Shown: piece by piece, positions 9,313 to 19,047 of the stretch
Layout of the letters: every line of letters starts with the position of its first letter
Numbering within the stretch: position 1 is the stretch's first letter
IMG/VR virus record: IMGVR_UViG_3300020048_003360
Span: 128,001-192,000 of that record
DNA from: a virus
Taxonomy: Duplodnaviria > Caudoviricetes
DNA: 64,000 nt
Reading direction: 5' to 3' (one strand)
Made by a program: the position numbers and the translations under genes
The notes under the pieces: model-generated
Told to the model about the DNA's origin: nothing
Seen by the model: only the letters and a program-made list of their open reading frames with translations
Databases searched by the model: none

Positions 9313-12300
9313 ATGGCTAAGAAGACACAAAAGTTTAAAACAGATGATTTTGACTTTAATGACGGCATGGATGGTTTAGATATACCGGACTTTGGTGGTA
9401 TGCCAGATGGAGATACTGCAGTACAAAATAGTCGCACTGTAGCTACCGTTAAGACAGTAGGTGCTGTAGGTGCTGGATTTATAGATCAGGCCGCTAGTAT
9501 TTCTTTTATGAGAAATATGGTTAAAAAGACATTACCGTCTGGCTATGGTCAAGCTATGGATATGGTGGATGATACTGCTAGTACTATTCGCAATACTTAT
9601 AGTGAAGCTGTTAAAGAGATCAAGCCAGCTATTATAGATATAAAAAGAATAACTGCTAGAGTCTTACCATCGGTACAATCTGTATTACCACGTAGTGTGT
9701 CTGAAAAGATTAAACAGTGGACAGAACCAAAGAATAAAATTAATGATCTATCTAAAGAACAACAAGAAGAAGCTTCATTACAGATGCAGTTGGGTGAAAT
9801 ATTCCAAATGCAGGCTCAGGCTGACGCCACTAAAAGTTCTCAAGATAATGCAAAAGAAACAATTCAAAATGCTATCGAGCATGGCAGACACCAAGATATG
9901 TTTGGCGTACTGGACACTATGCGGATCAGTATGCAACAGTTGGCAAACTATCAGAATAAGATAGGTATTAATTTTCAAAGAAAGTCATTAGAATTACAAT
10001 TCAGAAGTTATTTTCTAGCACAACAATCATTAGTTGAGCAAAGAGAGTTTTTTGTAAAATCAATACTCAATCTAGAAGGTATTCTAAAGAATACTGGATT
10101 ACCTGAATTCTTAAAATTAAGGAATTCAGAACGTTTAAAAGAAGCATTGCGTAATAAGTTTATAGATACGGTAAGTGATACTGTTATAGGTAAGCGTAAA
10201 GATCTTGTAAAGAATGTTTTAAACAATGTAGGTGAGGCAGCTAAGAATAAGATATCTGAAACCATGAGTGCCATACGTAGTGGCATTGATATGGGTGAAC
10301 AGCTACACGAAATGTCCAGCATGATGAAAGAGTCTGGCATGGGCGGATCAACTAGCGAGTTGGTAGGCGGCATGGTAGGTGGTGCTGGTGCCGACTACAT
10401 AGGTGATAAGATAGCTAGGTCTGGACGTAGTCTATTTCGTGATGAAGAGGGTAAGATCAGAAGTAAAAGAAGTAATGAATTACTAGAAGATTATGATAGT
10501 GAGGAAAATAAAAAGAAATTAAGTATGTCTAAGCGCTTCGGTATGTGGTTAGATAAAACCATGCGTGATAACATACCACAAGAGCGTATTGATCAGATAG
10601 AAAAGTATGGTAATAAACTTAGTTATACTACTGAGAATATGCCACAACAAATGTTAGGTTGGCGTAAAAATAGAGAAAATGGTACTAGTATAGAAAGAGA
10701 GGGTTTCTTTGGTAAATTATTAAGTTTACTTGATCCCAATGGTGCACTCAGTGGCGTAGGTGATGTAGTTAGTGATTCTATCGGTAATGCAATGTCTACT
10801 GATAATGTCCTAACTGGCGATAGTGCTGGCAGTATGCAAGATTCCAGTGGTGCTGGATTTACCAGAGGCGCTAGTAAGTCAGTTACGGAAATCATTCCTG
10901 GATACCTAGCTCGCATTTATCAAGAATTACAGATTATACGGACAGGTAATGATAAAGTAGAGTTAGTAAGATATGACTTTAAAAATAATAGATTCGATAC
11001 AGCATCTAGTATAACTAAAGGCGTGGTTTCGTTATTAACGGGTGCTGACAAGAATGCTGAAGATAGGGCTATAGAACTAGATAAGTTTGTAAAGACAAAA
11101 AGATTAACTCCTGAGAAATTAAGAAAATTAGATACTGTAGATCCAAAACACCCAACTGATTTAACTGATCTATTAAAAGAATTAAAAATAACTAATGCTG
11201 AGTATTATAAATATAAAGGTCTTAAAAATGCTACTAAATCCACTAGTTCAGAAGAGGTTAAAAGACAGGCAAATGAACTAATTGAATTAATAGAAAAAGA
11301 TAAGCCTAAAGAAAAAAGATTAAATTCTAAACAAAAGGTAGCACTTAGAAAGATGCTCATTAAGAGCAGTATGGATGGTGAAATAGGTAGTTTTGAAAGA
11401 CTAAGTGATCCAGATACTTATAACACAAGAGAGACTAGGCCCTATGCGGATATTTATGCTGAATGGTTTAAGGAATATGCTGATGATGAAAACAATACAG
11501 ACGAAGAGTCTGCATCTAAAGATAGAGATTTTAAACAAAAAATAATAGCTAGAAAATATAATGAAATTGGCGATAGAGTACAGATACTAAATAGTCCACT
11601 TCAAGATCTACTAAATACTGGCCATAGAGATATTTTAGAAGAATTAGGTATACTAAAACCAGGTAGCGATAGATTAGAAGTAGATAAAATAAGAGAATAT
11701 CAAACCGGTGGTGTTAGCTTTGGAAAGAAAACCACTTATAAGAAACCTTTAGAAGCTGTGGTAGAGGATACTGAACCCCAATATGATTTAGACTTTACTC
11801 AGAATCCTCAAAATTCATTTAATTTTGGTACTACTAATGAGATCAATACTAAAGATAAGTTAGCTTTTAGTTCAAAGAGATCTAAATCATTATTTACAGA
11901 GCCTACAGACGTTACTCAAAATACGTCTACTGTAATAGGCACTGGTGGAATTAATGGTTCTATATTGGGTACATTAAAAGAAATTAATAATACAATTAAA
12001 ATAACCGTAGGTGATGTATTACTGCGTATAGAGCAACTCTTATCTAAGGATAGATCTGTTGATAGTGAATCTACAGGTTTAGATTGGGATATTCCTGAAG
12101 GACATGCAGATGGTGGAGTTATATATGAACCAAATTCAAAACTACGTGGTGGTGATTCTGTAGATAAGAAACTAAAACCAGGTAGCTATGTATTGCCTAC
12201 AGATACTACTAAGAAATTAGGATTATCTAGTGGTGGTTTAGTAGATACTAAACTAATGCATGGTGAGAGAGTATTAGATCCAGCTACCGTAAATAAGATT

Positions 12301-15300
12301 GGTGTAGATAAATTAGATGCTATAAAAGATGCCACACATACTCAACATCTAGCTGATGGTGGTAGTGTAGAAAGATCTAATTTAATAAAGGCAATTAAAG
12401 AAACTGCAAAAGATCTATTAGTAGTTATTAAAGAATCTAATAGTAAGAAAGAAATCATAGCAGTCAATACTACTCTAGAGCGTATTGAAAAACATCTAAA
12501 AGATGGACTAGTAGTGAATGTAAATGGAGTGGGTACTGGTAGCACCGGTAATACCTCTACTGGTAATAAGAAGCGTTGGTATAACGAGTCACTAAAGAAT
12601 GCAGCTGGTAGTTTATTTGGAGCTGGTGTCAATGCTGTAGGTGCTGTAGGTAAGTTTGCAGGTAAAGCTATAGGTGGTGCGTTTAGCAATACTGGTAAAT
12701 TATTGTTTGGTACTAAAAAGACAGTAATAAATAAAAATGAACCACTAACACCCACTACAGAAAAAGCTCTATTGGATATGGATCCAGCAGAGTTTAATGA
12801 AAAATATAGTAATACCCCAGCTTCTGAATTAAATCAGATGTTTGATCCTAAGTATGTACCAAAAACAGAACAAGGCTTTAGGGGTTTATTCGGCATAGGT
12901 AAAGATTTAATAAAATCTACATTTGGTAAATTCACAGAAGTTAAAGATATATACATTAAAGGTGAGTTTATTCCTAGACTAACAGCTTGGAAATTAAAAG
13001 CTGGTATGTATAAGGATCAGTTAACTGGCACTATAATTAAGTCTTATAAAGATATTGCTGGTGCTGTAGTGGATTCAGAAGGTAATATAGTACTCACTGC
13101 TGAAGAGGCTAAGAAAGCATTTATAAAAACTAATATTGGTGAAAAACTAATATCTGGCTTAGGTTCTATAGTCAAGGGTATTAAGAATACAGCTGGTGCT
13201 ATTATAGGTAGATTACCTGCAGTATATAGATTTGGTATTGAGGTAGTTAAAAAGCTATATAACCTTACCAAGATGCCACAAGATGTCTATGTGAAAGGTA
13301 AGAAAGATCCAGTACTATTAGCGAGAGTAATGAGAGTGCCTGATGGTTATATTTCTTCAGTAACTGGAAATATGATCAAGCATCCAGGTGATATTGATGG
13401 TCCAGTATATGGTCCAATTATTAATGGTAAAAGAGAAACTGTTTTAACCATGGAAGATCTACAAGCTGGTTTAGTAGATTATAATGGTAATCCAATTCGT
13501 AGTGGGTTGGGTAGAGTAGTTGGTTTCTTTACTGATAAAATTAAAACTGTAGGTAAATACGCTAAGAAAGGATTTGATTATGTTAAGACTAAAGTTAGTG
13601 GTGGTCTCAGTTATCTTGGTAATAAGATTAAGAATGCTGCCCAAGGTGGAGGATCTTCATTTGGCAACATCTCAATAGGTAATCCATTTGGCGGTAACAA
13701 TTTAGTAATAAAAAGACTAACTCAAATTAGAGACTTAATTAATCTTGGTTTACCAGAAAGTAGTAGACAGACATTTAATGATGCTGAAGATTTAAAATCT
13801 GTTATTAATTTAGGTGATAAGGCAAAAGAAGCAGTAGCTAGTGCAAAGTCAGCTATAAAGAATGTAATGCAATCTAGAACTGTAACTAAAGCCAAGACAC
13901 AAGCTAAAGATCTAATTAAAAAGGTAAATAAAAATAAATTTGTTAAGCAAGCAGTAGGTGAATTCAATAAGTTAAAAGTAGATCCAAATGAGCCTCTAAC
14001 TAGAACTACAGTAGAAGCTATGATGGCTATTTCCTCAGAAGAATTTAATGAAAAGTACGGTAATTCACAATTAACTAATGCTGAATTAAATGCTCAATTT
14101 GATCCCTCTAAAACACTAAAAGGTAGGGCTTTAACTAGTATTAAAAATACTTTTAATAAAGTATCAGAATCAGTAAAGAAAAGAACCACTGGAATTACCG
14201 GTAAGCTAAAGAAAGCATTAGGTCTAAAGCCCAGAGATCCATCTGATACAGCCACTGTTATTGCAGCTGGTCAGAAGAGTATTTTAGATGTACTTAAAGA
14301 AAGATTACCAGCTATAAAGAAACGTATTATTGGTGATGCTGATGGTGATGGTGATCGTGATGGTAGTTATTTAGATCAAATACGTAATAAGTTTAAATCG
14401 AAAGATAAGTCAGCAGATGGAACTACCCCAACAGATGGTAGTGGTATAGCTGGTAAAGGACTATTGGGTACTATAGCTAGTTTATTTAGTAAGAAGAAAA
14501 AAGACGATTCTGCTGCTACTGCAAGTCCATCTGGCGTCATTGGTGGTGTATCAGATCTAGCTACTGGTGCTGCTGCTGGCGGTATAGCTAGTAAAGCCTT
14601 AGGTTATGGAAAGAAAGCTTTAGGTTGGGTAGCTAAAGGTGCATTAGGTCTAAAGGCTTTAGTTGGTCTAGGTGGTGCTGCTACAGCTGGTACGGCTGCT
14701 GCTGGAGCTGGTGGTGCTGCTGCGGCAGGTGGTGGCTTATTAGCTGGGACAGCAGCATTATTAGCATCTCCTGTGGTATTGGGTGTTTTAGCAGTAGCTG
14801 CTACAGCAGCAGTAGGATACGGTCTTTATAAAGGTTATAAATTCTTAACTAAAAAGAAAATTACTCCTTTATCTAAAATTAGATATGCTCAATATGGCTT
14901 CCTTGAAAAAGATACTGAGCATTTACAAGGAGTATTTGGTTTAGAAGATATACTTAAAGAGGCTGTTAGTTATAAAGGTGGAGTAGCCACTTTAGATGGG
15001 ACTAAGATAAAGGTTAAGGACATAGTCGGTGCGTTTGGTGTAGACTTAGAGAACAAAGATCAATTCACTAAACTAATGCAGTGGATTACAAATCGTTTTA
15101 AACCAGTTTATCTAACCCATCTAACTGCCTTACATAGTGTAGCTCCTGGTAAATCTTTAGATAGAGTAGAATCTTTAAAACCCACTGAACAGAAGCAATA
15201 TCTAAATATCGCTAAGTTCACTGAAGGTCCATATAGCTACAGTGGCTCACCATTTCCTAAAGATGGTTCTTTAGCAGCTGGTCCAAACGATGTAAAGAAA

Positions 15301-18300
15301 GCAGTAGCTGAAGTAGAAGAAACACTAAAAGATGTAAAAGATATAGCTGTTCCTGGTGCCGCTGCTTTAGTAGGTGCAAATGCAGCAGCTAGAAGTAATG
15401 ATCTTACGGAAACAAAAACCGGTAAGGTCATGAAAGCTGAAAAAGAACCAGAGTCACTATGGAGTAAAACTAAATCAGCCTTAACTAGTAAAACTGCAGC
15501 ATATACGGCAGCAGGTGTATTGGGTGTATTGGGTTTAAGTAGTGCTGTATTTGGCATAGGTGCCACAGCCTCTGCAGTGGGCGGTACGCTTGCATTAGGC
15601 GCTGGTGCTACTGTAGGTACGTTGGGACTAGCTGCCGGCCTAATAACGGGCATAGCTGGCCTTCTAGCTACCCCTGTAGTTATAGGTACATTAGTAGCTG
15701 GTGCTACAGCTTATGGTTTATATAAAGGCTATAAACAATTAACTAAAACTAAATTAAATGTTTTGTCTAAAATTAGATACGCTCAGTATGGTTTCCTAGC
15801 TACCGACGAAGCTCATCTAGAAGTAGTATTTGGTTTAGAAAAAATAGTTAAAGATGCTGTAGCTTATTCTGAAGGACAAGCACAATTTAGAGAAGATAAA
15901 TTAGCTAAAGTTCTTAAAGAAGCACTTAAGAGTTTTAATATAGACATAAATGATAAACCAGCATTATCTAAGTTTACTACTTGGTTTGGTTTGCGTTTTA
16001 AACCAGTTTATTTATTACATCTTAGTGCCCTAAATACGGTAGGTAAAGATAAAACTCTATCTGACGTAGGAACTATGTTACCAATAGAGAAACAAAAATA
16101 TCTAGATCTTATAAAGTTCTCAGATGGTCCGTATAATGAAAAGACATCACCATTCCCTAATGACAAGGAATTAGTAGCTACAGGAACTGAAGTTAGGACA
16201 TATATCGATATCGCATCTAAAGAAATTAAAGATCAATTAAGTGGTAAAAGACCTAATCAAACTAAATTAGGTACCACAATCCTAGCTGGCGCTACAGAAG
16301 GATTTAAAAAGGCTGGTGTTTTAGGCGCCTTAGCTGGTGGTTCTATGGCATTAACCAATGTAGTTGCTAACAGTTTAATTGGGGATGCCAAGGCTAAGGC
16401 TTTAGATCCTAAAAAGATCGCTGGTGACGCACTTAAGTTAGCTACTGGTGAATCTAGCTCTGATATTAATATTTCTGTAAATGGTATTCCTGGTAATTTA
16501 AATGCTTTCAATAAAGGTAAGCTAGACGCATTAACTACAATTAGGTATAAAACATATGGTTTAGTAGAGATGGAATTGAGTAAGGTAAAGGCACTAGATG
16601 CTTTAGAAACACTCATTAGTAAGAGAGTCGTTTATAAAGGTGATATTGCCCATTGGGAAAGTTCAATTGAGAATGTTATAAATACCATAGGTAGTACATT
16701 TGGTGTTAATAACTATACTAGTAAAGAAGCAATTAAGTTTACCTCTTGGTTTAATTTACGTTTCTTACCTGTGTATTTAAACTTTCTTACTACTTTAACT
16801 AAACTTACTGGTAGTAAAGTAAAAACAACCACACTAACTACACTCAAACCAGAATCACTATTAGATTTAGCTATATCTATCTACACAACCAGTACTAAAA
16901 ATGAAGGTAATACCATTAGTGTTTGGAGACTACCCGATAGTCCATGGGATGGATACGTACTGAATGATGAAGTAAAATCAACTGAAGGTAACGTACAGTC
17001 CATTAGAGATGGTATTAAAGAGTCTGTTTTAGCTGAAGAAAATGCTAAAGATAAAGCAGGTCCAGTAAAGAATCCATTCTTAGATAAGGTTAAAGACACC
17101 GCATCAAATGTTTTTGATAAAGCAACTACTGGACTTAGTAACTTTGCTAGTAATATTGGTTTAGGTGCTGTCAGTAAAGGTATTGATAGTGTTTCTTACG
17201 ATATTGGACAGGCTCTTTTTGGAGGTAAGGAAGTTACACATGCTGGGAATGGTACTGGTGGCGATATTAACAGCATTCCATTACCTAAAGGAGATGGTTC
17301 ATGGGATGCTGTAAAAGACACCATCGTAGCTGCTTCTAGAATGGTTGGTGTCGATGAAAAAGTAATGGCCACTATGGCCGCAGTTGAATCTGGTTTCCGT
17401 ACAAGAGTTAAGGCCGAAACTAGTAGTGCTACAGGTCTTTATCAGTTTATTAAAGATACCTGGAAAAGTATGATTCTGAAGTATGGGAAGAAGTATGGTA
17501 TACACCCAAGGACAGAGCCCACTGATCCTAGAGCAAATGCCCTAATGGGTGCTGAGTATATTAAAGAAAATATTCAGGCGATTAAAGGTACCTTAAAAAG
17601 ACCATTAACCGATACTGATGTTTACTTAGCACACTTCTTAGGTGCTGGTGGGGCCAAAACATTCTTTAGAGCAGATACAAATGAAATTGCCGCTAGAGTA
17701 ATGCCCAAAGCAGCAGCTGCTAATAGTAGTATTTTTTATCATGCCAATAGAACACCTAGGACTATAGGAGAAACATATAGTGAAATAAATCGTAGATTTA
17801 GATCAAAGGCTAAGAAGTTTGAAACAGCTGAAATGGGAATGAGTAGTTCAGTACCCACCAATACTAAAGGTGCTACAGCTCCTATTGCTGGTGCTACGCC
17901 TAAGGTAGATAAGACGCAACCTACTATAGCTAAAGCACCTGAAGCTACAACTACTAGGAAGGGTAGAGGATCTACTACAGTAGATACTAATAAACCAGTT
18001 TTAACTACAGTACCTACAATAGCTAAAGCGGCTAATGATCCTATGGGATCTAAAGTACCTATATTAGCTGCAGTACCTACAGTAGCTAAAGTTGATTCTA
18101 AACCTACAGTAGCTAAAGTTGATTCTAAACCCACACTAGCTAAAGTTGTTAATGAACCAATGACAACTAAGGTACCTACAGCGCCATTAGGAGGTACTAA
18201 ATCTAAAGTAGATATCATTCAGCCAACTCTAGCAGAAGTACCGCCTATAGCTACTCCTAAGGCCCCTAGTGATGTTCCTACTAAAGTAGTACTTAGTGAC

Positions 18301-18972
18301 GAAGATGCAACAGCTAAAGTTATTGCAGAAAAAGCATTTGATAACTTAGCCGCCGGAATGCATGCTGATAAAGTTGCTAAGTATGTAGCAAAACACGGTA
18401 AGCAACCGTCATGGGCTAATAGAGACACATCTAGTGGAGTCTCTCTAACTACTGCTAAGTTAGATAATACTTCAGTTAAACTTAACACGACACCAGTTAA
18501 GCTTAAAGATGGTGGTCTAGTAGAAGATAGGAAGTTATTTGAGATTAGTGACCAGACGCCTGGTTTAGTGGCTGCTAGATCTACTACTAAACCAAAAATA
18601 AAGGTAGTTAAGAGTAGTGAGAAAACTGAAAATGACGTTAGTGGTATAGCAAATGGTGGATTTATGTCTCCTAGAGCTAGAGATGCAATTGCTCAAAAAG
18701 ACTATCAAAAGTCTGCTACTGCTGAAACACTAAAGAAAGTTAGTAAGACTCTAGATTCTTCACTAAGTGTTAATGAAGATCAATTAGAAGTTTTAAATAA
18801 AATACTAGCTACAATTACTAAAGGTATTGTTAACAAGGCTAAAGCAGACTCCCAATCTACTAGCAAGATTACCAATAGTAATCCACAACCTACTGGCACT
18901 AATCACTCTATGAATAGAGGAGCAAGTAGAGCTCCAGAAGCTCCTGTATCTATGAGTAAAAGAACTGCTTAA
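9313..18972 (+). CDS. phiKZ gp181-like giant tail/tape-measure protein with C-proximal lytic transglycosylase
   Basis: 3219 aa; INFQRKSLELQFR and VTEIIPGYLARI motifs; SLT domain (AAVESGF..SATGLYQF..TW..YLAHFLGAGGA, ~17360-17700); syntenic with beta'. Confidence 0.9.
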   Translation: MAKKTQKFKTDDFDFNDGMDGLDIPDFGGMPDGDTAVQNSRTVATVKTVGAVGAGFIDQAASISFMRNMVKKTLPSGYGQAMDMVDDTASTIRNTYSEAVKEIKPAIIDIKRITARVLPSVQSVLPRSVSEKIKQWTEPKNKINDLSKEQQEEASLQMQLGEIFQMQAQADATKSSQDNAKETIQNAIEHGRHQDMFGVLDTMRISMQQLANYQNKIGINFQRKSLELQFRSYFLAQQSLVEQREFFVKSILNLEGILKNTGLPEFLKLRNSERLKEALRNKFIDTVSDTVIGKRKDLVKNVLNNVGEAAKNKISETMSAIRSGIDMGEQLHEMSSMMKESGMGGSTSELVGGMVGGAGADYIGDKIARSGRSLFRDEEGKIRSKRSNELLEDYDSEENKKKLSMSKRFGMWLDKTMRDNIPQERIDQIEKYGNKLSYTTENMPQQMLGWRKNRENGTSIEREGFFGKLLSLLDPNGALSGVGDVVSDSIGNAMSTDNVLTGDSAGSMQDSSGAGFTRGASKSVTEIIPGYLARIYQELQIIRTGNDKVELVRYDFKNNRFDTASSITKGVVSLLTGADKNAEDRAIELDKFVKTKRLTPEKLRKLDTVDPKHPTDLTDLLKELKITNAEYYKYKGLKNATKSTSSEEVKRQANELIELIEKDKPKEKRLNSKQKVALRKMLIKSSMDGEIGSFERLSDPDTYNTRETRPYADIYAEWFKEYADDENNTDEESASKDRDFKQKIIARKYNEIGDRVQILNSPLQDLLNTGHRDILEELGILKPGSDRLEVDKIREYQTGGVSFGKKTTYKKPLEAVVEDTEPQYDLDFTQNPQNSFNFGTTNEINTKDKLAFSSKRSKSLFTEPTDVTQNTSTVIGTGGINGSILGTLKEINNTIKITVGDVLLRIEQLLSKDRSVDSESTGLDWDIPEGHADGGVIYEPNSKLRGGDSVDKKLKPGSYVLPTDTTKKLGLSSGGLVDTKLMHGERVLDPATVNKIGVDKLDAIKDATHTQHLADGGSVERSNLIKAIKETAKDLLVVIKESNSKKEIIAVNTTLERIEKHLKDGLVVNVNGVGTGSTGNTSTGNKKRWYNESLKNAAGSLFGAGVNAVGAVGKFAGKAIGGAFSNTGKLLFGTKKTVINKNEPLTPTTEKALLDMDPAEFNEKYSNTPASELNQMFDPKYVPKTEQGFRGLFGIGKDLIKSTFGKFTEVKDIYIKGEFIPRLTAWKLKAGMYKDQLTGTIIKSYKDIAGAVVDSEGNIVLTAEEAKKAFIKTNIGEKLISGLGSIVKGIKNTAGAIIGRLPAVYRFGIEVVKKLYNLTKMPQDVYVKGKKDPVLLARVMRVPDGYISSVTGNMIKHPGDIDGPVYGPIINGKRETVLTMEDLQAGLVDYNGNPIRSGLGRVVGFFTDKIKTVGKYAKKGFDYVKTKVSGGLSYLGNKIKNAAQGGGSSFGNISIGNPFGGNNLVIKRLTQIRDLINLGLPESSRQTFNDAEDLKSVINLGDKAKEAVASAKSAIKNVMQSRTVTKAKTQAKDLIKKVNKNKFVKQAVGEFNKLKVDPNEPLTRTTVEAMMAISSEEFNEKYGNSQLTNAELNAQFDPSKTLKGRALTSIKNTFNKVSESVKKRTTGITGKLKKALGLKPRDPSDTATVIAAGQKSILDVLKERLPAIKKRIIGDADGDGDRDGSYLDQIRNKFKSKDKSADGTTPTDGSGIAGKGLLGTIASLFSKKKKDDSAATASPSGVIGGVSDLATGAAAGGIASKALGYGKKALGWVAKGALGLKALVGLGGAATAGTAAAGAGGAAAAGGGLLAGTAALLASPVVLGVLAVAATAAVGYGLYKGYKFLTKKKITPLSKIRYAQYGFLEKDTEHLQGVFGLEDILKEAVSYKGGVATLDGTKIKVKDIVGAFGVDLENKDQFTKLMQWITNRFKPVYLTHLTALHSVAPGKSLDRVESLKPTEQKQYLNIAKFTEGPYSYSGSPFPKDGSLAAGPNDVKKAVAEVEETLKDVKDIAVPGAAALVGANAAARSNDLTETKTGKVMKAEKEPESLWSKTKSALTSKTAAYTAAGVLGVLGLSSAVFGIGATASAVGGTLALGAGATVGTLGLAAGLITGIAGLLATPVVIGTLVAGATAYGLYKGYKQLTKTKLNVLSKIRYAQYGFLATDEAHLEVVFGLEKIVKDAVAYSEGQAQFREDKLAKVLKEALKSFNIDINDKPALSKFTTWFGLRFKPVYLLHLSALNTVGKDKTLSDVGTMLPIEKQKYLDLIKFSDGPYNEKTSPFPNDKELVATGTEVRTYIDIASKEIKDQLSGKRPNQTKLGTTILAGATEGFKKAGVLGALAGGSMALTNVVANSLIGDAKAKALDPKKIAGDALKLATGESSSDINISVNGIPGNLNAFNKGKLDALTTIRYKTYGLVEMELSKVKALDALETLISKRVVYKGDIAHWESSIENVINTIGSTFGVNNYTSKEAIKFTSWFNLRFLPVYLNFLTTLTKLTGSKVKTTTLTTLKPESLLDLAISIYTTSTKNEGNTISVWRLPDSPWDGYVLNDEVKSTEGNVQSIRDGIKESVLAEENAKDKAGPVKNPFLDKVKDTASNVFDKATTGLSNFASNIGLGAVSKGIDSVSYDIGQALFGGKEVTHAGNGTGGDINSIPLPKGDGSWDAVKDTIVAASRMVGVDEKVMATMAAVESGFRTRVKAETSSATGLYQFIKDTWKSMILKYGKKYGIHPRTEPTDPRANALMGAEYIKENIQAIKGTLKRPLTDTDVYLAHFLGAGGAKTFFRADTNEIAARVMPKAAAANSSIFYHANRTPRTIGETYSEINRRFRSKAKKFETAEMGMSSSVPTNTKGATAPIAGATPKVDKTQPTIAKAPEATTTRKGRGSTTVDTNKPVLTTVPTIAKAANDPMGSKVPILAAVPTVAKVDSKPTVAKVDSKPTLAKVVNEPMTTKVPTAPLGGTKSKVDIIQPTLAEVPPIATPKAPSDVPTKVVLSDEDATAKVIAEKAFDNLAAGMHADKVAKYVAKHGKQPSWANRDTSSGVSLTTAKLDNTSVKLNTTPVKLKDGGLVEDRKLFEISDQTPGLVAARSTTKPKIKVVKSSEKTENDVSGIANGGFMSPRARDAIAQKDYQKSATAETLKKVSKTLDSSLSVNEDQLEVLNKILATITKGIVNKAKADSQSTSKITNSNPQPTGTNHSMNRGASRAPEAPVSMSKRTA
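18076..18148 (+). repeat. 27-nt tandem repeat encoding PTVAKVDSK
   Basis: CCTACAGTAGCTAAAGTTGATTCTAAA x2 plus a partial third copy. Confidence 0.85.
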
Positions 18973-19001
18973 TTAATCTATGGTGTAGTGAAGAAATTAA
19001 T

Positions 19002-19030
19002 AGGTGTGTCTATTGTATATGGACACACCT
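19002..19030 (+). terminator. Hairpin after gp181-like gene
   Basis: AGGTGTGTC/GACACACCT stem, then ACTTTT. Confidence 0.55.
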
Positions 19031-19047
19031 ACTTTTAAGGAATTACA

